Source of the DNA: a virus
Virus record (IMG/VR): IMGVR_UViG_3300044730_001822
Coordinates: 1-64,000 of that record
Strand: one strand, 5' to 3'
Length of the DNA: 64,000 nt
Part shown: piece by piece, positions 9,048 to 18,539 of the stretch
How positions within the stretch are numbered: the stretch's first letter is position 1
How the letters are laid out: the number at the start of each line of letters is the position of its first letter
Program-made: the position numbers and the translations under genes
The notes under the pieces: model-generated
Database searches by the model: none
Told to the model about the DNA's origin: nothing
What the model saw: only the letters and a program-made list of their open reading frames with translations

Positions 9048-9730
9048 AGGCCCTGTTGCTGTAAATCGTGTTCGATCTTTAGTTGTGTGGCTGCGTAGTC
9101 ACGGAAACGCTGCGGCCAGTAGTCGGGATCAATCCAGGCATAAATGATTTCCTGCTGTTTTGAATCCAATCTCGACACAAACTCATGTCCTGAAGCACAG
9201 TTCAGCACAGTCCAGGCAGTGACACGTCCGGCTGTTATATCCTGCACGATGAGATTGGCATTGAGATATCTAAAGTAATCTCTGTAGTTGGCCAGGCTTG
9301 AATAACTCTGCATGGTTTCCGTGGCTCTGGTCACAGCATCGTTGGCATCTTCCCTGCGAGTGTGTGCAAGCAAAAATTCTTCGTAGATTTTGTCGCTGCT
9401 CCAATGATAGTCGATTTTGAGTCGGCGCTGTTCCGGAGCCAGCAGCCACCGCACATAGTGTGGAAAAGCGATCACCCGGCTGCTCACACAGTATCTGCCA
9501 AACTTGACCAGCACACGATACAAACTGTTGTTTTCAAAACTTTGCCACTCGTCTGCAACCTGCTGTCCCAGGCTGCGTTTGATGGCCATGTAGGCCTGCA
9601 GGCCCAGCAACACAGGTTTTTCTCCACGGCTGTTGAATCTGCGTTTGGGCTCACAGAGATGCGCCAGCAGTGTGGATTCCCTGCTGAACTCTCGATCGCA
9701 GTGCTGGCATTTATGTTTTGTCGTGTCCAA
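9044..9730 (-). CDS. Hypothetical protein with an N-terminal C2H2-like zinc finger
   Basis: CQHC-x3-F-x5-L-x2-H-x-C. Confidence 0.7.
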   Translation of the reverse strand: MDTTKHKCQHCDREFSRESTLLAHLCEPKRRFNSRGEKPVLLGLQAYMAIKRSLGQQVADEWQSFENNSLYRVLVKFGRYCVSSRVIAFPHYVRWLLAPEQRRLKIDYHWSSDKIYEEFLLAHTRREDANDAVTRATETMQSYSSLANYRDYFRYLNANLIVQDITAGRVTAWTVLNCASGHEFVSRLDSKQQEIIYAWIDPDYWPQRFRDYAATQLKIEHDLQQQGL

Positions 9731-10154
9731 GGTCTCTATGATATTGTTTGATATCTGCGTCTGTTACCAGTTGATCCAGTACTTCTGCGTCGGCTGTTTT
9801 GATTTCGGGAAACAGTTCTCGCAGGGTCTTGGTACGTCGGGTTTCCCGGGATTTTTTCACACGCGGCCAGGAATGCCGCTGTCGTCCCAGGCCCGGACTG
9901 GCTGCGATCAGCATATACCACTGCAGTTTGGGATGCCGGCTGAGAAGGAAAATATTTTTGTTGGCATAGTGATTGAGCAGTTGCACATATCCTGACTGTA
10001 TGTCTGGAGCAGCATCAACATAACTCATCCAGCGCAGAGCCATGTAGCCACTGAACTTTTTGCGGTCTTCTGCAGATAACTGATCATAGTAGTTGCGATC
10101 TCTGCGATCTATGGCAGCCAGCAAGTCCCACAAAAAATTATCGCGCTCGGCCAC
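9711..10154 (-). CDS. Clamp-loader small subunit-like protein (T4 gp62-like)
   Basis: Size and the pattern LLAAID...KKFSGYMALRWMS resemble gp62-type proteins; replication context. Confidence 0.5.
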   Translation of the reverse strand: MAERDNFLWDLLAAIDRRDRNYYDQLSAEDRKKFSGYMALRWMSYVDAAPDIQSGYVQLLNHYANKNIFLLSRHPKLQWYMLIAASPGLGRQRHSWPRVKKSRETRRTKTLRELFPEIKTADAEVLDQLVTDADIKQYHRDLGHDKT

Positions 10155-10654
10155 TACCAGGCCTTTCTATAGTCTACCACTTCGCAGTTGCGGCTGATGT
10201 CCTTGACAAAATACACGCATTCAGGATTGGGTTCATCATCCAGCGGAACACACAGCATCTGTCCGTTCTTTAGTTTGGGAGCATACCAAGTTATCTCATG
10301 ATACACATCAATGATCTGCGTGTCAAGGAAACTGGGACGGAACGATGTCAGTGGATTGAACTGGAATGCTTTGAACCCGCGATCATTCAAACTGGTCAAG
10401 GGCAACACTTCCAGGTCGCCCAGTTCGGGCTCGCCAATCAAGATCTTCCAGTCCAAGGGCATTTTCACACGATGCCGGCCCACTTGTAGTATCAAGGCAG
10501 GGCTGGTAAACGATTCCAAAAATATCAATGGTATGTAGTGATAGTCGGGCTCGTCAGGATTGCCGTTGTCAAACACTCCAAAACGCAGGTCGTCGATCTG
10601 CTCGGGCAAACTGTCTAGTTCATAACTGATGTTGTCTAGGGTCAAGATTTTCAT
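10154..10654 (-). CDS. Hypothetical beta-rich protein, first gene of the mini-DnaE operon
   Basis: 166-aa ORF directly after a consensus promoter; stop/start overlap with the next gene. Confidence 0.7.
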   Translation of the reverse strand: MKILTLDNISYELDSLPEQIDDLRFGVFDNGNPDEPDYHYIPLIFLESFTSPALILQVGRHRVKMPLDWKILIGEPELGDLEVLPLTSLNDRGFKAFQFNPLTSFRPSFLDTQIIDVYHEITWYAPKLKNGQMLCVPLDDEPNPECVYFVKDISRNCEVVDYRKAW

Positions 10655-10660
10655 ATAACA

Positions 10661-10688
10661 ATTATACTTGAGATTGAGCAGATGTCAA
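10661..10688 (-). promoter_or_regulatory. Consensus sigma70 promoter (leaderless)
   Basis: TTGACA-N16-TATAAT-N6-ATG. Confidence 0.85.
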
Positions 10689-10689
10689 C

Positions 10690-12153
10690 CTAACGATACT
10701 CCAATTTCTCTTGGGTGAATGGATATTCTGCTTCTCGATAAAAAGTTTTGCGTTTGGTCAAGTGTCGCTTGGCGAATCTGCAGGTTGAGGTTATGTCCCA
10801 GATCTGAACAAAGTCTTTGTCTTCTGCTTTACGAATGCCACGACCAATTGACTGGATAACACGCACAAAAGACTTGCCAGGCTCAACAAGCACCAGATTA
10901 AAAATACGGGGAATGTTAATACCAACTGAGGCCACACCGTAAGTAGCGACAATGATTTTGTCTGTTGTCTCCGATACTTCATCATAATGATCTTGCCTTT
11001 CTCCTGCTTTGGTAGCACCTGATATGAACACAGCACGGTCGCCCAGTCTATCTACTAAGGCACGACCTGCTGTGATACGATCCACTAGGATCAGCGTATT
11101 TCCGGTTCGATTTACTTCCTGTACAAGACTGGCGATAGCGTCCAGTCGATCTGCATCTTCCAGCAAAAACTTCAACTCGCTTTGATAGTTGGTATGTTCC
11201 TGATGATCTACCAACTGTACCACGTTCACATGGCACTGTGCCAGCACACCTTGCTGTTGCAATTCTGCGGCCGACAACTGTCCCACCACAGGACCTATGC
11301 TGACATGCAGTGCTTCGGATTCAAACTTTTCTTTGGGTATGGTACCTGTGAGGCCCCAACGTATGGGTATCTGGCTCATGACGCCGGTCAGTAGAGTCTT
11401 TAGTGCGTCAGCCTTGGCCATGTGTACTTCGTCCACTATCACACATACCACACCTTCTATGAACTCGCCGATGGTGACATCACCTATGTCGTTGCGTGTG
11501 TTCTTCAACAGATTGTTTAGGCTTTGCCAGGTACAGATTGTATGCGTCTTGTTATATTCCTTGCGATCTCCAAAGTACACACCTACATCCAATCCCAGAT
11601 TCACATAGTCTTTTTCTGTTTGTGTCACTAGACTTTTGTTGGGCACTATGACTATGGTGCGACCATGTGATTCGCACAGTTGGCTCAAGGCCGCGGTCAT
11701 GATAGTTTTTCCAGCGCCAGTGGCGATCTCCTGCAGGCACTGCGGATTGGTGATAAAATTGCGTATGATGGAGACCTGATAGTCTCTCAACACTATGGAC
11801 TCGCCTTGGGCAGGATGCCCGGCGGGCCATTGTCGATCAGCAAAAGTAGATTCTGTGATTTCTGGAAACTCAAAGTCGCGGCTGTATTCACGCAGATCTT
11901 CCAGTTCCACATCATAGCCTTCTTCATCCAGCACAGGCAATATTTGAGGCAATAGGTTCACATATGTGCTGCCGCCCAACTGGAAGAACGACACCTTGCC
12001 GTTCCAGCGTCCCATCCTCACCGCTGGCAAATACCTGGCATACGGCACTTCATACTCAAACAGGCGCATGAGCCTGCGTCGAGTTTCCAGTTCCAGGCCT
12101 TCGATTTTGACATTGACTTCGTCTTTGATGATTAAGGTGGCTGTGCCTACCAT
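10690..12153 (-). CDS. uvsW: UvsW-like SF2 helicase
   Basis: LRDYQ, ATGAGKT, VDEVH, GLTGT, QSIGRGIR. Confidence 0.93.
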   Translation of the reverse strand: MVGTATLIIKDEVNVKIEGLELETRRRLMRLFEYEVPYARYLPAVRMGRWNGKVSFFQLGGSTYVNLLPQILPVLDEEGYDVELEDLREYSRDFEFPEITESTFADRQWPAGHPAQGESIVLRDYQVSIIRNFITNPQCLQEIATGAGKTIMTAALSQLCESHGRTIVIVPNKSLVTQTEKDYVNLGLDVGVYFGDRKEYNKTHTICTWQSLNNLLKNTRNDIGDVTIGEFIEGVVCVIVDEVHMAKADALKTLLTGVMSQIPIRWGLTGTIPKEKFESEALHVSIGPVVGQLSAAELQQQGVLAQCHVNVVQLVDHQEHTNYQSELKFLLEDADRLDAIASLVQEVNRTGNTLILVDRITAGRALVDRLGDRAVFISGATKAGERQDHYDEVSETTDKIIVATYGVASVGINIPRIFNLVLVEPGKSFVRVIQSIGRGIRKAEDKDFVQIWDITSTCRFAKRHLTKRKTFYREAEYPFTQEKLEYR

Positions 12154-13274
12154 GAGGTATTCCCGTCGAGATAGTCCTCGCGATGATATTGAGGATCGAT
12201 GTAATAGATGATTTTTCTAGCGATCTGTGCCGGCAGCGAACCAACGTCCCAGACCACAAGACCGCGACTTTTATTTATAACGATGTCCACTGAGTCAAAA
12301 TCAATGGCCTGATAGTTGTATTGATAATCGTCCATGAATTCCCATTCGGGGTTCCTAGATCTAGCACGGTAGTATGTGCTGACTCTGTTGGGCCATCGTT
12401 GTTGTATTGCTTGGCAAAGATCGTGATAGGCATCTTGTTCGTTGATCAGTTCAACGGCCACACTGTGTTGTTCATGCAGATGGATGTAATCCAATATGGC
12501 CTGATGATTTTGTTCGGACCAGGTCAGAGCCGTGGCCTGCTGTGAATTCAACATGGCGGGCACCACAGACTCGGCATCGCCGCAGAAATAACTGCGTAAA
12601 TCTTCATGGATCTCCACGCCGGCACGCACCAAGGTATTGAGCGTGGTCAAGGTCAAGGGCAGATGTTGAGGTATGGCTGCCATGAGATGTTGGTTGGCAC
12701 AGTTGATCATGATACTGCCATTGACCAGTCTGGCCTGAACTGTCCACTGATCAGCCTCTGACGCACTCAGCACAGGATCCAACAAGTCGTTGACCCGAGC
12801 GTCAATGTCATAGGCCGGAGTCCTGCTGCGACAAAACTCCAGCGTGGATCTGAGATTTTTGGCAGAAACAGGTATGATCCACTCTTTGGCATCCGGATCC
12901 CACACAGCATCGTCCACCAGATCTCGCGCTCTGCGATAGTCTGCCCAGGCATCCACTTGAGCGCGATTGTAGGGACTGCGCATGATTAGATGATCGTCTT
13001 GTAGGGTCAACTGTGCTCTTTCATGATCAGCTGTGGGAGGCAAGGGAATGACTGCCCAGGCCGCAGCCAACATGATATCGGGATCCAGGTTGGCCTGCTC
13101 AATCTGCTGGCGATATCGGTACACCAGTTTTTCCCACAGTTCGGCCTGCTTGGGCGTGACCGCGCGATTTTTGGCTATCCTGCGGTTGTAGACTTCGGTG
13201 ATGAATTGGCGGTCGTATCTGGCAAATTTGATGTTCTGCAACATCCAGTACCAGTAATTTTCACGAGATTTCAT
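12147..13274 (-). CDS. Hypothetical early protein
   Basis: Long ORF; start moved to ATG 13274 because a promoter lies 6 nt upstream. Confidence 0.7.
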   Translation of the reverse strand: MKSRENYWYWMLQNIKFARYDRQFITEVYNRRIAKNRAVTPKQAELWEKLVYRYRQQIEQANLDPDIMLAAAWAVIPLPPTADHERAQLTLQDDHLIMRSPYNRAQVDAWADYRRARDLVDDAVWDPDAKEWIIPVSAKNLRSTLEFCRSRTPAYDIDARVNDLLDPVLSASEADQWTVQARLVNGSIMINCANQHLMAAIPQHLPLTLTTLNTLVRAGVEIHEDLRSYFCGDAESVVPAMLNSQQATALTWSEQNHQAILDYIHLHEQHSVAVELINEQDAYHDLCQAIQQRWPNRVSTYYRARSRNPEWEFMDDYQYNYQAIDFDSVDIVINKSRGLVVWDVGSLPAQIARKIIYYIDPQYHREDYLDGNTSW

Positions 13275-13280
13275 AGTGCT

Positions 13281-13309
13281 ATTGTAACACAACTGTTAGG
13301 TTATTACAA
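13281..13309 (-). promoter_or_regulatory. Sigma70-type promoter with extended -10 (leaderless)
   Basis: TTGTAA-N17-TACAAT (preceded by TGn)-N6-ATG. Confidence 0.65.
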
Positions 13310-13364
13310 ATAATGCCTAGCCAAAAACCCGCTAAATATGCTATCTAGCCAAAAAAGGTTTTAA

Positions 13365-15398
13365 ATGATCATTACAAGTACTCGTGTGCGCGGTGGCAAA
13401 TACCGTGCCTTTGTCAGAACCGACCCTTATTTCAATCTTGTGACTTTGTTGTTGCCCGGTAACGGCGCCAACGGCGCTCAGAACAACACATTCCTGGACG
13501 CCAGCACCAATAACTTTGCCATCACAAGGAACGGCAATACCACGCAAGGTACATTTTCACCTTTTAGTCTTAGTGGGTGGAGCAACTACTTCGATGGCTC
13601 TGGTGATTATCTTGCTTTATCTGCAAACTCAGCATTTTTATTCACTGGTGATTTTACCATCGAGGCATGGGTAAACTTACCGGCTATTTCGGGCGGACCA
13701 TACACAATATTTGGCAGTGTCTACTCTGCATCTGTAACAATATTTGATTTCAGAGTTTTTAATAGTAATATACAAGTGTCACTGAATTCGGGCAGTGGCA
13801 CAAACCTAGGACTCGGTACTTTGTCTATCAATAGATGGGCACACATGGCTTTGGTCAGAAGCGGAAGTTCTATCAAATGTTATGTAGATGGAACACAGAC
13901 TGATACTACGTTGACCAATTCTAGTACCTTGGGATTTAACGATGTAGCAATGCGAGTTGGCGATTCGGGAACCGCAGGAAGTAATCCATTTAACGGATAT
14001 ATAAGCAATTTGCGAATCCTAAACGGCACTGCTCTGTATACCTCCAACTTTACGCCGCCGTCAAGTAATCTTACTGCTATTGCCAATACATCACTGTTGA
14101 CCTGCCAGAGCAATAGGTTTATAGACAATTCATCCAATGATTTTGCCTTGACAGTCAATGGGCAGACAAGGGTAACACCGTTCTCACCATTTCAGCCCGG
14201 TGCTCCTTACTTAACAGGTACCAACGGTGGTAGTCTATATTTGAGAGGCCCCGTCTCTACCGGCACTGACTATCTTAGTATAGCAAGTGACCCGGCTTTT
14301 CAATTTGGTAACAGTAATTTCACGGTAGAAACTTGGCTTTACCCAACTGCTGTCAATACTGTTGCAATTTATTCTAAAAGAGCCAACACTACTACCGCTT
14401 ACGGAAGCATTGTCTTCAATATCCAGAGTGATAGAAGCGTGCGTGTGCTTGGGACAGTTAATGGATCTTCGTGGGGAGTTAATTCGCAGGGTAACACTCT
14501 CATAAATGCAAATTGTTGGAATCATGTGGCTGTTACAAGAAATGGCACACTTTGGAATATTTGGGTCAACGGCAGGAACAGTGCTAACTCTGTATTGGCT
14601 GGAACAATACCAGATAACCCATCTAATGTCACTGTGGGCACGCAAGGCAATAACCAATCAATAAACAATACTCCAGTGTATTTTTCTGATTTGAGAGTGG
14701 TCAAAGGAACAGCAGTGTATACAACAAATTTTACACTACCCACTTCACCATTGACTGCCATTGCCAATACCAGTCTTTTATTAAATTCAACCAACGCTGG
14801 TATAAGGGACGCTGCTGCCGATAATGTTATTGAGACCATTGGTAATGTGCAGATATCAACTGTACAAAGCAAATTCGGTGGATCATCTATATCGTTTGAT
14901 GGTTCAGGTGATTATTTTATAGTTTCGTCAACAACTGCAAATCCACTGTTGGCATTTGGTACCGGTGATTTTACCATAGAATTTTGGATTCGATTTAATA
15001 CAACTGCTGGTGTAACTATCCTTGACTATAGACCGGAATCAAACGGGGCATATGCCACCATAATCACTGATGCCACGAATAAAATCATCTATTACTCTAA
15101 TTCAGCAAACAGAATTCTTGGTACTACGGCACTAGCCACAAACTCCTGGCATCATATTGCTGTTGTTCGCAGTAGCGGATCAACAAAACTGTATATCAAT
15201 GGAATCAATGAAGGATCTGCATTTGCAGATACACAGAATTATCTGTCAGGAGCAAATAGACCGGTTGTTGGAACCAGTGGGTTTCCGTTAGGAACTGGTT
15301 CGTTGAATGCTTATATCCAGGACCTACGCATCACGCAAAACCTGGCCCGTTACACAGCCGACTTTACCCCGCCTACCCAGGCTTTTCCAACACAGTAG
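13365..15398 (+). CDS. Concanavalin A/LamG-like lectin-domain virion protein (three domains)
   Basis: Three repeats of FDGSGDYL...GDFTIE.W...W.HhAhVR.G...hYhNG...GYISNLRI...YT.NFTPP; TAAATA at 13333-13338. Confidence 0.85.
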   Translation: MIITSTRVRGGKYRAFVRTDPYFNLVTLLLPGNGANGAQNNTFLDASTNNFAITRNGNTTQGTFSPFSLSGWSNYFDGSGDYLALSANSAFLFTGDFTIEAWVNLPAISGGPYTIFGSVYSASVTIFDFRVFNSNIQVSLNSGSGTNLGLGTLSINRWAHMALVRSGSSIKCYVDGTQTDTTLTNSSTLGFNDVAMRVGDSGTAGSNPFNGYISNLRILNGTALYTSNFTPPSSNLTAIANTSLLTCQSNRFIDNSSNDFALTVNGQTRVTPFSPFQPGAPYLTGTNGGSLYLRGPVSTGTDYLSIASDPAFQFGNSNFTVETWLYPTAVNTVAIYSKRANTTTAYGSIVFNIQSDRSVRVLGTVNGSSWGVNSQGNTLINANCWNHVAVTRNGTLWNIWVNGRNSANSVLAGTIPDNPSNVTVGTQGNNQSINNTPVYFSDLRVVKGTAVYTTNFTLPTSPLTAIANTSLLLNSTNAGIRDAAADNVIETIGNVQISTVQSKFGGSSISFDGSGDYFIVSSTTANPLLAFGTGDFTIEFWIRFNTTAGVTILDYRPESNGAYATIITDATNKIIYYSNSANRILGTTALATNSWHHIAVVRSSGSTKLYINGINEGSAFADTQNYLSGANRPVVGTSGFPLGTGSLNAYIQDLRITQNLARYTADFTPPTQAFPTQ

Positions 15399-15444
15399 GA
15401 TTTTAGGCACTACTAAATATCTGGACTATTGAAACTAACATAAA

Positions 15445-16272
15445 ATGCAAATAATTGGTACTAAAGTTTTTGGTGGTTCTACATTCATATGCGATCTCGA
15501 TATTTCGCTGGCAGTCCAATATCTGTTGGTAGCAGGTGGCGGTGGCGGGGCACAAGGAGATAACGGAGTACCCGGCGGTGGTGGTGGTGCCGGGGGAGCT
15601 GGCGGTTTTTTGTCGGGCTCAATCAATTTCACGCCAGGCGAAACATATACAGTTGTTATTGGCGCCGGCGGTGCAACAAATGTCAATGGTTCTAATTCCA
15701 GTCTAACAGGACCTCAGGTAACACGAACAGCCACGGGCGGTGGTCGTGGTGGTATTGCATTGGCTGCAGGACTTGCCGGAGGCTCAGGCGGTGGCGGAGG
15801 AGGTCGTGGACTTTCCGGCGGTACCGGCATTTCTGGTCAGGGCAACAACGGTGGCACAGGTGGTGCTTTTACCGGGGGCGGAGGCGGTGGTGGCGGAGCA
15901 GCAACCGCGGGATCATCGGGAGGTCCCACCAATGGCGGGGTCGGCGGCGATGGTAAAAATTGGCTTGGATTGGGAACATATTATGCTGGTGGTGGAGGTG
16001 GAGGTGGCGACAATGGTCCTGCATCAAATGCCGATGGCGGCCTGGGCGGACCCACCAAAGGCACAGCCGCATCTGCCAACAGTGGCAGTGGTGGTTGCGG
16101 CGGCAATAGCCCAAATGGAGAAAGTGGATATGCCGGCGGATCTGGTATAGTTATCATGAGATTTTTATCAACATTTGGCACCGCTGCCTCAACCACTGGG
16201 TCCGTGACTTTTTCCACAGATGGAACCTACAACACATATACCTTCACCGGTGGCGGCACCATAACTTTCTAA
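15445..16272 (+). CDS. Glycine-rich adhesin-like virion protein
   Basis: YLLVAGGGGG, YYAGGGGGG, GGSGIVI and C-terminal TYTFTGGGTITF; TAAATA at 15414-15419. Confidence 0.75.
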   Translation: MQIIGTKVFGGSTFICDLDISLAVQYLLVAGGGGGAQGDNGVPGGGGGAGGAGGFLSGSINFTPGETYTVVIGAGGATNVNGSNSSLTGPQVTRTATGGGRGGIALAAGLAGGSGGGGGGRGLSGGTGISGQGNNGGTGGAFTGGGGGGGGAATAGSSGGPTNGGVGGDGKNWLGLGTYYAGGGGGGGDNGPASNADGGLGGPTKGTAASANSGSGGCGGNSPNGESGYAGGSGIVIMRFLSTFGTAASTTGSVTFSTDGTYNTYTFTGGGTITF

Positions 16273-16291
16273 CCATGAGGAAAAACTAGGT

Positions 16292-17365
16292 ATGATAATC
16301 ACGGGATGGGATATCCGAGGCGCAAAAATTGTTACCAAAAGCACAGTGACTTTTGACTATATTGTGGTGGCCGGTGGCGGCGCTGGTGGAGAACGTGGTG
16401 GGGGCGGTGGAGGAGGTGGCGGCGTTGTTGCTGGTCAATTAAGCGTTAATGAAGGTACCATTGGTTTTGAAGTGGGCGGTGGTGGCACCCAGTCCACGCC
16501 GTCATACCCCGGAAACGGAGCACCGGGTTCTAATTCTAGAATAGTCACGCCTTTGGTTGCGTTTGGTTCAATTGATGCCATTGGTGGGGGCGGTGGCGGT
16601 GGTGGTGAGAAGACAAACAACTATGAAAATAGAACTTTACAGCCGGGTTTACCCGGCGGTTCCGGGGGTGGTGGGCGCGGTGGTGGGTTTAATCAAACTC
16701 CTCCGGTGGCCCCTGTACCCGGACCTATACCAGGCGGCACAGGAACACCTGGACAAGGATTTGCAGGCGGAGCATCGGACATAAGAGCAGTGGCTGTGCC
16801 AGTGCCAACTCCTGCGCCCAGTCCGTCATGGGGCGCACGCACACAGGGTTATCCCACGACCAGTGGCGGCGGTGGGGGGGGGGGGGGTGGCGTTGGTGGT
16901 GGAGGGCCAATTGGCGGTGGTGGCGCTGGTGGCATAGGCTATCTCTGGCCTATAACCAATAGTCGATATGCCGGCGGCGGCGGTGGTGGTTCCGGTTTTT
17001 ATGGTCCTGGTCCGGGGCCTAACCCCGGTGGAATCCCCGGACCAGGTGGTGCAGGGGGTGGTGGTAACGGAAGCGGGGCCTATAAGATGGGTCTCGAGGA
17101 CGGTACAGGGTCTGGTTCGCCGGGTACTGTCAACACCGGAGGAGGTGGCGGTGGTGCAGGCAACAGTTTTAATCCGGGTCCTTTCTTTGGTCCGGCGTCA
17201 GGGACCAATGGTCCCGGAGGCGCCGGTGGTTCGGGTGTAATAATAGTGCAATATCCTGGCGGAACAGCACGTGGTACATTCAACCCTGCAGTTCCTGTAA
17301 CTACCCTAAATCCCGGTTCATTTGTTCGGCACACTATCGCAGGCAGTACCAACTGGACACTGTAA
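16292..17365 (+). CDS. Glycine-rich adhesin-like virion protein (paralogue of 15445..16272)
   Basis: DYIVVAGGG, RYAGGGGG, NTGGGGGG, GGSGVIIV. Confidence 0.75.
   Translation: MIITGWDIRGAKIVTKSTVTFDYIVVAGGGAGGERGGGGGGGGGVVAGQLSVNEGTIGFEVGGGGTQSTPSYPGNGAPGSNSRIVTPLVAFGSIDAIGGGGGGGGEKTNNYENRTLQPGLPGGSGGGGRGGGFNQTPPVAPVPGPIPGGTGTPGQGFAGGASDIRAVAVPVPTPAPSPSWGARTQGYPTTSGGGGGGGGGVGGGGPIGGGGAGGIGYLWPITNSRYAGGGGGGSGFYGPGPGPNPGGIPGPGGAGGGGNGSGAYKMGLEDGTGSGSPGTVNTGGGGGGAGNSFNPGPFFGPASGTNGPGGAGGSGVIIVQYPGGTARGTFNPAVPVTTLNPGSFVRHTIAGSTNWTL
16874..16887 (+). repeat. G14 homopolymer inside the Gly-rich gene
   Basis: 14 consecutive G. Confidence 0.9.
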
Positions 17366-17366
17366 T

Positions 17367-17395
17367 AAAAAAAGGACGGTAGTTGCCTACCGTCC
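17367..17395 (-). terminator. Intrinsic terminator of the AAA+ ATPase gene
   Basis: GGACGGTAG-GCAA-CTACCGTCC followed by T7 on the minus strand. Confidence 0.85.
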
Positions 17396-17438
17396 CCAAA
17401 ATGCCACTGACCCAGGAGCGTGAAGTCAGTGGGTACTG

Positions 17439-18479
17439 CTAAAAACTGTTCTTCATCACAGTATTCTCTGCCAAGGCACGCCAGTTGGCAGGCGATACCT
17501 TGACCAAGTCTGCTACCTTCAAACACATACGCAGGCTCAACTCACGTAGGCGACTCTGGTTAGTGGCCATGAACGCAAAGATCTCTTCTGCGATGCCTGG
17601 CTCGAGATTGTACTCGGCAAACAGGCCACCTTCGGCATCACGATGCACCTGCTGGATGCGCAACATCTTGTCACGCTCGGTGTTGATGGTCAGGTCCAGG
17701 AAGTGGCACCGAGATTGCAGTGCTTCCAAGTGATCCTGCAGTTTCTTGCTCTTTAAGTTTTCAAACTTCAAGTTGGTGATAAAGATACAGGAACCTTTGA
17801 ACTCAAACTGGTCGGGCACACCCTCACGGCGCAACATTGACGAGTCTGAGTTCCAGCAGATCCTACGACGCTTGCCCGAGTCCAGCGCGGCCTTGAGAAT
17901 GTTCAAGGCAATGTCGTCCATGAGCACCGAGTCACAGTCGTCAAACACCAATACATTCTTGGGGTCCGAATTCTTGAACAAGGCACAGTAAAGTCCAATG
18001 GGAGTCATTGCGCCTTTGATGATTTCAAACTTGACCTTTTTGCCTGACAATTTGTCAAAGATGCCGGCCTTTTCCAACTGGTACTCAACGCCAAAACTCT
18101 TGCCCACTCCCGGAGGACCAGACACGATCATGGCACGCACATCGCCGGCAATACAGGCACGGGTCATTTCGTCCAGGATGCTGAATCGCGTGGCGATACG
18201 ATCCATGGCTTCTTGATCTGTTTCCTGCGGTGCTATCTGCAGTTCTGCTTTTTTAAATTGTACGGTTTCGCTCACTTTATCTCCGTTGACTACTTGCACG
18301 TCTGAAATTTTATTTACTTTGATTTTGATCTGTTCAGGAAAGCCCGGGAATTGGCCGCCGTTTTCTACCAAGACATTGCCACCCTTGGCAGTGGTTTGAA
18401 AGTCGCGAATCAAGGTAAACACCTGACCCGATACGTCGGTATTGCGATACTCACCTGCTAAAATACGAACTTGTGCCAT
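17439..18479 (-). CDS. P-loop (AAA+-like) ATPase, early gene
   Basis: Walker A GPPGVGKS, Walker B VLVFDDCD, sensor IFITN, arginine finger ALQSRC. Confidence 0.85.
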   Translation of the reverse strand: MAQVRILAGEYRNTDVSGQVFTLIRDFQTTAKGGNVLVENGGQFPGFPEQIKIKVNKISDVQVVNGDKVSETVQFKKAELQIAPQETDQEAMDRIATRFSILDEMTRACIAGDVRAMIVSGPPGVGKSFGVEYQLEKAGIFDKLSGKKVKFEIIKGAMTPIGLYCALFKNSDPKNVLVFDDCDSVLMDDIALNILKAALDSGKRRRICWNSDSSMLRREGVPDQFEFKGSCIFITNLKFENLKSKKLQDHLEALQSRCHFLDLTINTERDKMLRIQQVHRDAEGGLFAEYNLEPGIAEEIFAFMATNQSRLRELSLRMCLKVADLVKVSPANWRALAENTVMKNSF

Positions 18480-18510
18480 ACTGCGCTCCTTGCTTTATTA
18501 TATTAAACTT

Positions 18511-18539
18511 ATTATAGCAAAATCTGATTTATTGGTCAA
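18511..18539 (-). promoter_or_regulatory. Strong sigma70 promoter
   Basis: TTGACC-N17-TATAAT with TGn extension; SD AAGGAG downstream. Confidence 0.85.
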
